Position numbers and translations under genes: made by a program. From an uncultured delta proteobacterium (GTDB taxonomy: Bacteria; Desulfobacterota; Desulfobacteria; Desulfobacterales; UBA5852), in assembly GCA_963850465.1 (NCBI GenBank), contig CAWKLN010000001.1:64915-128914 (forward strand): 64,000 nt of DNA. The letters are read 5' to 3'. The notes beneath the pieces were generated by a model, which saw only the letters and a list, made by a program, of their open reading frames with translations, searched no databases and was not told where the DNA came from. Below are positions 1 to 9,512 of the stretch, piece after piece. The first letter of the stretch is position 1. The number at the start of each line of letters is the position of its first letter.

Positions 1-2
1 AT

Positions 3-1331
3 CTTAAGGATGACAAGCAACGCCTTTCCCCGAAATTCCAGCGCCTGAAGGCGCAGGATCGTGAGTCCACCATGCGCGTGTACCACGATAACTGCATCGC
101 CTGTCATACGGAAACACTGGCGACGGGTGAAAAGGGCGGTCCGATTACGTGCGGCGAGTGTCATGTCAAGTCACCCAAGGCCGTGTCTACCTGGCAGGCC
201 ATCGGCATGGACAAGTCTCTGCATTACCGGCATTCCAAAGCGCGGGACAAGAAATGCGGCGATTGCCACCACGAATATGACGAAAAGGCTCAGAAGCTGA
301 TTTACGTCGAGGGCAAGGAAGGGTCGTGCCGCTATTGCCACAAGGAGCAGCTTGAAGACAAGCGGATTCCTCTCCGTGACGCATCTCATCAGGCCTGCAT
401 CGCGTGCCATCAGGAAACACTGGCAAAGAAAAAAGAGGCCGGGCCGGTTAAATGTGCCGGATGCCACGATGCTGATCAACAGCTGGAAATCGCCACGTTG
501 GAAAACGTGCCGCGTATGAAACGCCACCAGCCGGATGTGGTGTTTGTCAAGACCGGTGCCAAGTCCGGAATGACCCCCGAGGGCGCGCTGCGCACCAAAG
601 CCGTTCCGTTCAATCACCAGGCCCATGAAACATACAACGATACCTGTCGGGCCTGCCACCATGCCAGCCTGACCTCCTGTGCCGAATGCCATACGGTCAC
701 CGGGATCAAAGAGGGCAATTTTGTCCAGTTGGAGCAGGCTATGCACCAACTGCGTACCGACGCTTCCTGCCTCGGATGTCATACGGAAGTGCAGGCGGAT
801 AAATCCTGCGCCGGTTGTCACGCCTTTATCCAGAAAGGGCTCAAAAAAGACACGGCAACCTGCGTGACCTGCCATATGCAAGGGGCGCCGGCCGGGTCTG
901 AAATCACCGGCAAGCCGGAAGAAGCCACCTTGGCGGCCATGCTGTTGAACGAACGCATACCGGTCACCGGTACCCTGCCCATCGAAGACATTCCTGAAAA
1001 GGTCGTTATCAACAAGCTGGAAAAGAAATACCAGCCGGTTGAGATGCCCCACCGCAAGATCGTCCAGGCAATGGTGAAAAGGATTGGCGACAACAAGCTG
1101 GCGGCCAATTTCCATGCAGATCCGGGCACGCTCTGCCAGGGGTGTCACCACAACAGCCCGATCGCCAAAAAGCCGCCCCAATGCGGTAGCTGCCACGGGC
1201 AGCCGTTCAACGAGAAAGAACCGAATACCCCGGGTCTGCTTGGCGCGTATCATATCCAGTGCATGGGCTGTCACACCGAAATGGGGATCGAGAAACCGGT
1301 CGGCTGTACGGAGTGTCACAAGGAAAAGTAA
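3..1331 (+). CDS. hmcA: High-molecular-weight multihaem cytochrome c, HmcA-like (5' end cut by window edge)
   Basis: Frame is open from base 3. There are 15 CxxCH haem motifs in the 419 aa of the ORF track. It is followed by hmcB-F-like genes in canonical order. Confidence 0.85.
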   Translation, partial: LKDDKQRLSPKFQRLKAQDRESTMRVYHDNCIACHTETLATGEKGGPITCGECHVKSPKAVSTWQAIGMDKSLHYRHSKARDKKCGDCHHEYDEKAQKLIYVEGKEGSCRYCHKEQLEDKRIPLRDASHQACIACHQETLAKKKEAGPVKCAGCHDADQQLEIATLENVPRMKRHQPDVVFVKTGAKSGMTPEGALRTKAVPFNHQAHETYNDTCRACHHASLTSCAECHTVTGIKEGNFVQLEQAMHQLRTDASCLGCHTEVQADKSCAGCHAFIQKGLKKDTATCVTCHMQGAPAGSEITGKPEEATLAAMLLNERIPVTGTLPIEDIPEKVVINKLEKKYQPVEMPHRKIVQAMVKRIGDNKLAANFHADPGTLCQGCHHNSPIAKKPPQCGSCHGQPFNEKEPNTPGLLGAYHIQCMGCHTEMGIEKPVGCTECHKEK

Positions 1332-1365
1332 TCATTAACCGGCTGTAACTGCTTGAGGTAATATC

Positions 1366-2524
1366 ATGGCTATTACGCGGAGAAAGTTTTTAGGATGGAT
1401 GGGCGCAGCGGGTGCAGGGGTTACGGTAGGCAAATCTGCCCAGGCTGCATCGAACAAACACTTTACCGGTTACCCCGACAGCATGGGCGTACTGCATGAT
1501 ATCGCGCGCTGTGTGGGCTGCCGTTCATGTGAAGCGGCCTGCAACACGGTCAACCAGCTGCCGCCGCCGGAGGCCTCCTTCAAGGACTTGACGGTTCTGG
1601 AAGGCAAGCGGCGGACCACTCCGGCCGAATACACGGTGGTCAATCGTTATAATGCAACCGGTGAAGGGCCGAAACCGGTTTACCTCAAAAATCAATGCAA
1701 TCACTGTCTTGAACCGGCCTGCGCATCGGCCTGTTTTGTGAAAGCCTTCAGCAAGAGCAAAGAAGGGGCGGTGGTCTATGATGCCTCGGTCTGCGTCGGC
1801 TGTCGGTATTGCATGATCGCCTGCCCCTTTGAAATTCCCACCTATGAATACGACAAGGCGCTGGCACCGCGGGTTATGAAGTGCACCATGTGCCACCCGC
1901 GCGTGCAGGAAGGCAAGTTGCCGGGTTGTGTGGAATCCTGTCCCACGGAGGCGCTGACGTTCGGCAAGCGGGACGATTTGCTGAAAATCGCTCGCGAGCG
2001 CATACGCAAAGACCCGGACAAGTATATCGATCACATTTACGGTGAGCAGGAGATGGGCGGCACCAGCTGGCTCTATATCTCCAATGTCCCCTTCAGGGAA
2101 CTCGGTATGCGCGAAGATCTCGGTGTCACTCCGGCGCCGGCCCTGACGGCGGGTGCCTTGGGCTGCCGTGCCGATTGTGGTAGGCTTGTGGCCGGTCCTG
2201 CTCACGGGGATTTACGCCATTTCCCAGCGCAAGGATAAAGTCGCGGCCGAGGAGCAGGCCGAGGCTGTTGAGGCCGCCCGAAATGCGACGGAAGCAGCCG
2301 CCGCCGCGGAATTGAAAAAGACGCTGGAATTGAAAGAGAAAGAAAAAGAAAACGCCATCACCATGGCCGTCAAAAAGGCCCTGGAAGAGGCGGCCAAGGC
2401 TCAGGAAGAAGCCGCTCAGGCTGAAGAAGCGGCCCAGGCGCAGGAAGCGGCCGCTCCCGCTGAAGAAGCAACTCCTGAGGCCCAAGACGACAAGGATGCG
2501 AAGCCAACGGAGGAGGATTCCTGA
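1366..2524 (+). CDS. hmcB: HmcB-like Tat-exported 4x[4Fe-4S] ferredoxin subunit with C-terminal TM anchor; apparent frameshift near 2160
   Basis: Twin-arginine leader [14 protein letters not shown]. Cys clusters [46 protein letters not shown]. The TM helix [19 protein letters not shown] and an Ala/Glu/Lys-rich tail continue in the overlapping ORF 2153..2524. Confidence 0.75.
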
Positions 2525-3696
2525 TGTCCGATACTAAAACCGCAACAGGCGGCACCCTGTTGACCCCGTTTAATATGGTGGCCGGTCTGATTCTGCTGAT
2601 GGGTTCGGTGATCACGGTGCTGCGGTTTACGGGAGGGTTGGGGGCGGTCTCCAATCTTTCCGATTACAACCCCTGGGGCCTGTGGATCGGCTTCGATCTC
2701 CTGGTCGGTGTCGCTCTGGCGGCCGGAGGGTTTGTAACATCCGCAGCTTGCTACATTTTTGGCCTGAAACGGTATCATTCGGCCGTGCGCCCCGCGATTC
2801 TGACGGCGTTCCTGGGCTATGCCCTGGTTGTTTTCGCGCTGCACTATGATGTCGGTCGCCCCTGGCGCCTGCCGTATCCCTTTATCGTGCAGCCGGGAAC
2901 GACATCGCTGCTCTTTGAAGTGGGTGCCTGTGTGGCCCTGTACTTGACGGTGCTTTTTATTGAAACGACACCGGCCGCGCTGGAATGGCTCGGATTGGGT
3001 CGGTTGCGTAACATCGTGGTCAAATTGACGCTGCTGTTGACAATTTTCGGTGTGGTTCTGTCGACCCTGCATCAGTCTTCCCTGGGGGCCCTGTTCCTTA
3101 TCGCGCCATCTAAACTGCATCCGCTATGGTATTCCGCATACCTTCCGGTATATTTCTTCATATCGGCGATTATTGCCGGGTTATCCATGGTAATTTTTGA
3201 AAGCAGCCTGGCCCACAAACACTTCCATGACAAAATGGATGAAACCCACCTGTCGGAAGCCGACGGTGTGGCGCTTGGGTTTGGCAAAGCGGCCGCGTTC
3301 GTGCTGTTTGGGTATTTCGTGATCAAAGTGGTCGGCTTGGCGGTGGACAACAACTGGCATTACCTGGCCAGCGGTTGGGGCGTCTGGTTCCTGGTGGAAA
3401 TTATTGGATTCGTTCTGCTGCCATGCTATCTGTATGCCGTCGGCGCGCGCGATAAAAACGTTAAATTAATACGCCGCACATCGGGTCTGGCCGTTTTGGG
3501 GATTGTTCTCAATCGACTCAACATCTCCCTGATCGCTTTTAACTACCATCTGCCCAGCAGCGAGCGTTATTTTCCGCACTGGATGGAAATCGGCATCTCG
3601 GTGTTCGTGGTGACCATCGGCATTCTGGTGTACCGGTTTATCGTAACGCACATGCCGATTCTGTACGAACACCCGGATTACAAGGACGAACATTGA
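2524..3696 (+). CDS. hmcC: HmcC-like NrfD/PsrC-family polytopic membrane (quinone-interacting) subunit
   Basis: 390 aa, many hydrophobic spans. TGATG one-base overlap with the hmcB stop. Position in the operon fits. Confidence 0.75.
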   Translation: MSDTKTATGGTLLTPFNMVAGLILLMGSVITVLRFTGGLGAVSNLSDYNPWGLWIGFDLLVGVALAAGGFVTSAACYIFGLKRYHSAVRPAILTAFLGYALVVFALHYDVGRPWRLPYPFIVQPGTTSLLFEVGACVALYLTVLFIETTPAALEWLGLGRLRNIVVKLTLLLTIFGVVLSTLHQSSLGALFLIAPSKLHPLWYSAYLPVYFFISAIIAGLSMVIFESSLAHKHFHDKMDETHLSEADGVALGFGKAAAFVLFGYFVIKVVGLAVDNNWHYLASGWGVWFLVEIIGFVLLPCYLYAVGARDKNVKLIRRTSGLAVLGIVLNRLNISLIAFNYHLPSSERYFPHWMEIGISVFVVTIGILVYRFIVTHMPILYEHPDYKDEH

Positions 3697-3719
3697 TTAT
3701 CGCCTGAGAGGATAACGTC

Positions 3720-3848
3720 ATGGAAGGCCAAATATATACCTTGCAGGATTTCATGTATTTCACCAAGAGCATTACGTACCTGGTCATCATCGCTGCGCTG
3801 ATTGTTTTCCCGGTCTTCTGGCGGTTTCTGACCAGCAGGGATGAATAA
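3720..3848 (+). CDS. hmcD: HmcD-like small single-TM subunit (42 aa)
   Basis: Below the ORF-track cutoff. ATG 3720 to TAA 3848 gives MEGQIYTLQDFMYFTKSITYLVIIAALIVFPVFWRFLTSRDE. The purine-rich stretch gagagga lies 7 nt upstream. It sits between hmcC and hmcE. Confidence 0.45.
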   Translation: MEGQIYTLQDFMYFTKSITYLVIIAALIVFPVFWRFLTSRDE

Positions 3849-3920
3849 GACTTCGCGATCAGCGGGGCGGTATGCGCTCCGACGCGAACCGAATTAATCT
3901 TTTTGTTCAAGGAGTCACCC

Positions 3921-4598
3921 ATGTACGCATTTGTCACCGGACCGCTGGCATGGCTGTCGTTTACGGTCTTCTTTGTCGGTATCATTGCTCGCATCATCTG
4001 GTATTTCAGGGGGCTGAACTGGCAGATGGACCGTGTCGCTTATAAAGAGCACATGGCCTACGGTATCAAGGGCGCGATTCGCTCGATTGTCTTCTGGCTG
4101 ATTCCCTTCGGAACGCACAGCTGGCGCTTTTATCCGTTTTTCACGATCTGTGTTTTCACCTTCCACATCGGCCTGCTGTTTACGCCGCTTTTCATCTATG
4201 GGCACAATGTGCTGTTACAGGAACGTTTCGGTTGGAGCCTGTGGGCCATGCCGGAAAGCGTGGCGCTTTTCATGACCGTCGCCGTCATCATTGCCGCCCT
4301 GTTCATCATTCTGCGCCGCAATGCCTTGCCGGAGGTGCGGATCATCACCAAACCTTATGATTATCTGATTCTCGTGATTGCGGCGGCGCCGTTTGTGACC
4401 GGTCTGTTGGCGAATTTACAGGTCGGTAACTACAATTTCTGGTTGATTGCCCATATTTTAGCGGGCGAGATATTTCTGGTTGCGATACCCTTGACCAAGC
4501 TGTCTCACTTTATCGGGTTTTTCCTGTCCCGCGCGCAACTCGGGATGGATTATGGAATCAAACGCGGCGGTATGAAGAGCAAAGGGTTGTCCTGGTAG
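3921..4598 (+). CDS. hmcE: HmcE-like NarI/DsrM-type membrane b-cytochrome subunit
   Basis: Start placed at ATG 3921, with AAGGAG 7 nt upstream. 225 aa, about six TM helices with conserved His residues. Confidence 0.65.
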   Translation: MYAFVTGPLAWLSFTVFFVGIIARIIWYFRGLNWQMDRVAYKEHMAYGIKGAIRSIVFWLIPFGTHSWRFYPFFTICVFTFHIGLLFTPLFIYGHNVLLQERFGWSLWAMPESVALFMTVAVIIAALFIILRRNALPEVRIITKPYDYLILVIAAAPFVTGLLANLQVGNYNFWLIAHILAGEIFLVAIPLTKLSHFIGFFLSRAQLGMDYGIKRGGMKSKGLSW

Positions 4599-4633
4599 CC
4601 AAGCCATAACTTTTTTTCAGAGGAACGAGAGTC

Positions 4634-6016
4634 ATGCCTGAAGGAAAACTTTGCAATAGACAAACGGTCGATACGGAAGAGCAACTCCAGGCGCTTCTAA
4701 ACGACAAGAGCGGCAAACAATATTACGAAGAAATGAATCATCTCGACGTGGATGCCAAGGCCTTGTATGCCACCATCCAGAAGACGCTCAAATCCCGGCT
4801 GCGGACCTGGCTGGAGATATGTGCCCACTGCGGGATGTGCGCCGACAGCTGTTTTTTCTATCTGGCCAACAAGAAAGATCCCACCCAGGTGCCGTCCTAC
4901 AAGATCCAGGCAACATTGGGGGAAATCGTGCGCCGCAAGGGCAATGTGGACAATGCCTTCATGCAGATGGTAATGGATACGGCATGGTCCAAGTGCACCT
5001 GCTGCAACCGCTGCGGCATGTACTGCCCCTTCGGCATCGATATGGGGGTTATGTTCGGCTACCTGCGCGGCCTGTGCTTTTCCCAGGGGTTTGTGCCCTG
5101 GGAACTTAAAATCGGGTCCGGGATGCATCGCATCTACCAGGCCCAGATGGACGTCACCACAGAAGACTGGGTCGACACCTGCGAATGGATGGCCGAAGAG
5201 TACGAGGAAGACTGGCCCGGCCTGACGATTCCGATCGATAAACAAGATGCGGATATTATCTACACCGTAAACGCCCGTGAACCCAAGCACTATCCGGAAG
5301 ATCTGGCGGAAGCGGCCATCCTGTTTCACCTGGCCGGCGAGGACTGGACGGTTCCCAGCGAGGGCTGGGAAGAGACGAGCCTGGCCATGTTTGCCGGCGA
5401 CTGGGGGGCCTGCAAGATCCAGGTGGAAAGCGTTTATGCTGCCATGAAACGCCTCAACCCGAAGCGCATGGTGGTGACCGAGTGCGGCCATGCCTATCGC
5501 GCCACGGTGGTCGAGGGTCCTTATTGGGCCGGCCTGAAGGGCGGTCAGACCCCCATCCCCAGTTTTCATTACGTGGAATGGGTTGCCGAAGCGCTGCGCA
5601 CCGGAAAGATCAAGATCGATCCTGCCAAGCGAATCAAGGAACCGGTGACCTACCAGGATTCCTGTAACTATATCCGTAATGCCGGCCTCAGTGATATCGC
5701 CCGGGAGATCATGAGTTATATCGCGGAGGACTTCCGCGAGATGCGGCCCAACAGGGAGCACAATTTCTGTTGCGGTGGCGGCGGTGGACTGAACGGTATC
5801 GGCCGTTATCGTCAGCAGCGCAATGTCGGACTCAAGGTCAAGCGCGACCAGATTCTGGCCACCGGGTGCAAACTGGTAATTGCCCCCTGCCACAACTGCT
5901 GGGATGCCATTCGCGATCTGGAGGAAGAATTCAAGATCGGCATCCGCTGGTCGTTTCTGAAGCCGCTTTTGATTAAAATGGCGATCGTTCCGGACCATCT
6001 CAAGCCCGAGGAATAG
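4634..6016 (+). CDS. hmcF: HmcF-like HdrD/DsrK-type Fe-S oxidoreductase with CCG domains
   Basis: [11 protein letters not shown] and [12 protein letters not shown] ferredoxin motifs. C-terminal Cys-rich motifs CCGGGGG and APCHNC. Confidence 0.8.
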   Translation: MPEGKLCNRQTVDTEEQLQALLNDKSGKQYYEEMNHLDVDAKALYATIQKTLKSRLRTWLEICAHCGMCADSCFFYLANKKDPTQVPSYKIQATLGEIVRRKGNVDNAFMQMVMDTAWSKCTCCNRCGMYCPFGIDMGVMFGYLRGLCFSQGFVPWELKIGSGMHRIYQAQMDVTTEDWVDTCEWMAEEYEEDWPGLTIPIDKQDADIIYTVNAREPKHYPEDLAEAAILFHLAGEDWTVPSEGWEETSLAMFAGDWGACKIQVESVYAAMKRLNPKRMVVTECGHAYRATVVEGPYWAGLKGGQTPIPSFHYVEWVAEALRTGKIKIDPAKRIKEPVTYQDSCNYIRNAGLSDIAREIMSYIAEDFREMRPNREHNFCCGGGGGLNGIGRYRQQRNVGLKVKRDQILATGCKLVIAPCHNCWDAIRDLEEEFKIGIRWSFLKPLLIKMAIVPDHLKPEE

Positions 6017-6427
6017 CTGGCTGTTCTACGTCCCGGGGAACGGATTCCAGATGAATCCGGCGGCACGCAAAAACAAGGGTGCGCTTTTCTATGACGGCAA
6101 CCCCCTAAGCGATGAACCGCGCATGTGATTGGAAATGCAGGTTGTGCTGGATGGTGGTGCGACACGGCGCAGTGTCCTCATGCGGATTGAAAAATATCCA
6201 ATTCTGGCGCGGCGGAAGGCCTTCTTCCTGACCTACAGGGAATCGTATCGGGACGCACCGACCGGGGGTTGCACCAACGGCGACTTTCGCCCATCGCATC
6301 GATTCGGCAAGCCTTTAACGCTGCCGAATCAGCCTGATTTAGAACGCCATCGAAGCCTTCGACGAGGAATCCGCCCGAGCAGACCGGAAATCGTGGTGGA
6401 GGCCCGGCTGGCGAAGGAGGGTGGCGT

Positions 6428-6508
6428 GATATCCAGGGTTTGCGAGAATAGCCCGGGGGAATAGACGCCCAAACACAGAAGCGTTTCTTCAAGGGCTTTT
6501 TCAGCACC
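6428..6508 (+). repeat. Short, degenerate copy of the intergenic repeat family seen at 11481 and 33976
   Basis: gatatccagggtttgcgagaatagcccggggg and the 3' caagggctttttcagcacc resemble the 5' and 3' ends of the full copies. The central hairpin is missing. Confidence 0.35.
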
Positions 6509-6853
6509 TAAGGCACAGTGGGGCACAGGGATCGGGTCGAAGATGACCCAACGGATTGTCGCGCGTCATGGCGGCCGGACCGAATGAGCCCCCCCGGGCG
6601 CGGTACCCGAACCTGTCTATCCCTGCATCTGCCTGAAAATCCACAGGATAATTGTTTGTTTGCCAAGGTCCGATGCGACACGGCTCCGTAGCAAAGGCGG
6701 CCGTCGCTGACTGACGGAAAGGTTCCTCCCGCCTCCGGGGTTTGCCTATTCAGGCTCCCGGTCGGCCAGCGATCGTATTTTCGCCCTTGTCGCCGCAGTT
6801 AGTTTTAGATAGATTGTGTGTTCGGACCACCTGAATTGGGCGCGGAGACGATC

Positions 6854-7882
6854 ATGACGGCCTATTTTATACGCCGGACCCTTCTTATCATACCCACCTT
6901 TATCGGCATCACCCTGATGGTGTTTGCCATCACGCGCTTTGTGCCCGGCGGGCCGATCGAACGCATGATTGCCGAAGCCCAGCGCATGCAGGTGGAGGGT
7001 GGCGGCGGCGCGCGTGTCGGTGCCGGGGTGCAGCGTCAGCCGCTATCTGACGAGCAGATCGCGTTTCTGCGGGAATATTACGGGTTCGACAAGCCCCTGC
7101 TCAACAGCTATGTGGCCTGGCTGGGCAAGGTGATCCGCGGCGATCTCGGGGTTTCCACACGCTACCATGATCCGGTGTGGGAAATGATCCGTTCCCGGAT
7201 CCCGATTTCCCTGTACTTCGGTCTGATATCCCTGGTGCTGACATACGGGGTCTGTATTCCTTTAGGCATCGTCAAAGCCATTCGCCACAAGACGGCCTTC
7301 GACAATGTTTCCTCGGTCATCGTATTTGTCGGCTACGCCATCCCCGGATGGGTGATCGGCATTTATCTCCTGGTCTGGCTGGCCGGCTGGTGGGATGTCT
7401 TTCCGCTCGGCAACCTGGTGAGCGAGAATTTCGAGGAATTGTCCCTGATGGACAAACTCGTCGATATCGCCTGGCATTCGGTGCTGCCGGTCATCGCCTA
7501 CATGATCAGCGCGTTTGCCGCCATGACCTTTCTGATGAAAAACACCCTGATGGACAATCTGGCGGCCGATTACGTGCGGACGGCCATTGCCAAGGGGCTG
7601 CCCTTCCGGCGGGCGGTCTTCGGCCATGCCCTGCGCAACAGCCTGATTCCCATCGCGACCTCTTTCGGCAATAATATTTCAATTATTCTGACGGGCTCTT
7701 TCCTGATCGAGAAGGTGTTCAACATCGACGGGATGGGCCTGTTGGGTTATGAATCCGTGCTGGAACGCGACTATCCGGTGGTACTGGGGGTCCTGGCGAT
7801 CTCGTCACTGCTTTTTCTGATCGGCAATATCCTTTCGGATATCTGTGTGGCGGCGGTGGATCCCAGGGTGCAATTTGATTGA
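6854..7882 (+). CDS. yejB: Peptide/opine-type ABC importer permease, YejB/OppB-like
   Basis: N-terminus MTAYFIRRTLLIIPTFIGITLMVFAITRFVPGGP is typical of the OppB/YejB family. Six TM spans. Start moved to ATG 6854. Confidence 0.8.
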   Translation: MTAYFIRRTLLIIPTFIGITLMVFAITRFVPGGPIERMIAEAQRMQVEGGGGARVGAGVQRQPLSDEQIAFLREYYGFDKPLLNSYVAWLGKVIRGDLGVSTRYHDPVWEMIRSRIPISLYFGLISLVLTYGVCIPLGIVKAIRHKTAFDNVSSVIVFVGYAIPGWVIGIYLLVWLAGWWDVFPLGNLVSENFEELSLMDKLVDIAWHSVLPVIAYMISAFAAMTFLMKNTLMDNLAADYVRTAIAKGLPFRRAVFGHALRNSLIPIATSFGNNISIILTGSFLIEKVFNIDGMGLLGYESVLERDYPVVLGVLAISSLLFLIGNILSDICVAAVDPRVQFD

Positions 7883-8313
7883 TGAGGTGGCCGGCAGGAG
7901 GCATCTTGCGCTCCCCCGGCGTTCTTTGCCTTTTACCGATACTCGACGTAGCGATAGTACAATTTGATTGATCTATCGTTGGTCAATTTATGTTCCATGG
8001 AGCGCCAGAGAGAATCTCCGGTTCCCAAACGTGACGACTAAGTAATCGTTCATTTTCTTTCCCATGAAAGAAGACGAACCAAAATAAGGCGTCCGAGTCA
8101 CGAGCCCTTCGGGTCCGCCTACGCGTCGAGATTGCGGCCGGACGAGCCGAATGCCCCGTTGCGCGGGACTCAGACAGTCGCCGCGTCTTGTTTCGTCCCA
8201 ACCCGTTATGCTCGGCCTCGTGACAAAGGGGGCAAGCAGTCGACATCAATGCTATCGATTACCTTTAATGATGCCTTAATGTATCCGATGGCCGTTTGAG
8301 AAAATAAACGCCC

Positions 8314-9363
8314 ATGCGCATTCGATTCAATCCATTGACCATTAAAAAGTTCCGTCGGTTTCAATCGATTCGGCGCGGTTATTTTTCTTTGATCATCATG
8401 GCGGTCGTGATCCTGCTTTCGCTGGGGGCCGAGCTGCTCGTCAACAGCCGGGCGCTGGTGGTGCACTACAATGGTGAACTTCACTGGCCGACCTATGGCA
8501 ACCCTCTTCCCGGCACGACCTTCGGCTTGGACTACCAGCATGAAACCAACTACCGGGAGTTGTCCCGCCGGTTTGAGGTGGAAGGCGGCGACAACTGGGT
8601 TCTGATGCCGCCCGTGCCCTACAACCCTTACGAGAATGATTTCAGGGACAATGCGCTGCCGCCCGCGGCACCCTCCGTCCGGGACCGTCACTTCTGCGGT
8701 ACGGACGCTTCTGGGCGGGACGTGCTGGCGCGCTTGGTCTACGGGTTCCGCCTGGCGATTTTCTTTTCGCTGGCGCTTCTGGTGGTAACCTTTGTGACCG
8801 GCATCAGCATCGGCAGTGTTATGGGGTATTTTGGCGGCGCCTTCGATCTCCTTTTTCAGCGTCTTATCGAGATCTGGTCCTCTGTTCCGAACTTATATGT
8901 CATCATCATCATTGCATCGGTGGTGATTCCGAATTTTTGGATTCTGTTGTTCATATTGTGGGCCTTTGGCTGGATGGGAATGACCTGGACCATGCGCACG
9001 GTGACCTACAAGGAACGGGCCCGGGATTATGTCCTGGCCGCCCGGGCCCTGGGGGCCTCCCACCGCCGGATCATTTTCCGCCATATCCTGCCCAACACCG
9101 TCAGTGTCATCGTGTCGTATGTTCCTTTTCAGGTGGCGGGCGGCATTGTGGCTCTGGCCTCGCTCGATTTTCTGGGCTTCGGCCTGCCGCCTCCGGAACC
9201 CAGCTGGGGCGAGCTGCTCCAGCAGGGGTGGGCCAACCTGAGCGCCTGGTGGCTGTCCGGCTCCGTGGTGGCGGCCATGGTGCTGACCCTGGTGCTGGTG
9301 ACCTTTATCGGCGAGGCCGTGAGGGAGGCATTGGATCCAAAAATGCACACCACCTACGAGTAG
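8314..9363 (+). CDS. yejE: Peptide ABC importer permease, YejE/OppC-like
   Basis: N-terminal RFQSIRRGYFSLIIM and a long periplasmic loop before the BPD_transp core; the SVP..Y loop is present. Confidence 0.8.
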   Translation: MRIRFNPLTIKKFRRFQSIRRGYFSLIIMAVVILLSLGAELLVNSRALVVHYNGELHWPTYGNPLPGTTFGLDYQHETNYRELSRRFEVEGGDNWVLMPPVPYNPYENDFRDNALPPAAPSVRDRHFCGTDASGRDVLARLVYGFRLAIFFSLALLVVTFVTGISIGSVMGYFGGAFDLLFQRLIEIWSSVPNLYVIIIIASVVIPNFWILLFILWAFGWMGMTWTMRTVTYKERARDYVLAARALGASHRRIIFRHILPNTVSVIVSYVPFQVAGGIVALASLDFLGFGLPPPEPSWGELLQQGWANLSAWWLSGSVVAAMVLTLVLVTFIGEAVREALDPKMHTTYE

Positions 9364-9512
9364 CGTGTGTGGCACCATGAAGAACATTTTTTGATCCCAG
9401 GCGGTGTTCTCGCCGGTTTGTGATCCTCGACGGAGCGTCAGCTACGCCTGCGGTCCCAAACCGGCGGCGGCCTTGCCTGAAATCAAAATCTACTCCTCAT
9501 GGCGCCACACAG

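Noticed and set aside
171-1319. 382-aa ORF antisense to hmcA
   Set aside because: It is a typical high-GC antisense shadow ORF. The sense strand carries 15 CxxCH motifs. The antisense product is Arg/Gly/Ala-rich with no features.
4697-5998. 433-aa ORF antisense to hmcF
   Set aside because: Same reasoning as above: the sense strand has Fe-S and CCG motifs. The long antisense ORFs at 11651..12676, 24869..25792, 32980..33963, 56048..56950 and 61774..62739 are rejected for the same reason.
6129-6526. Overlapping 65-111-aa ORFs on both strands after hmcF
   Set aside because: They overlap one another, are Arg/Pro/Gly-rich, have no start signals, and overlap a repeat copy.
7983-8249. 88-aa minus-strand ORF in the yejB-yejE spacer
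   Set aside because: It is Arg/Ser/Ala-rich, has no RBS, and coincides with repeat-like inverted-repeat sequence.
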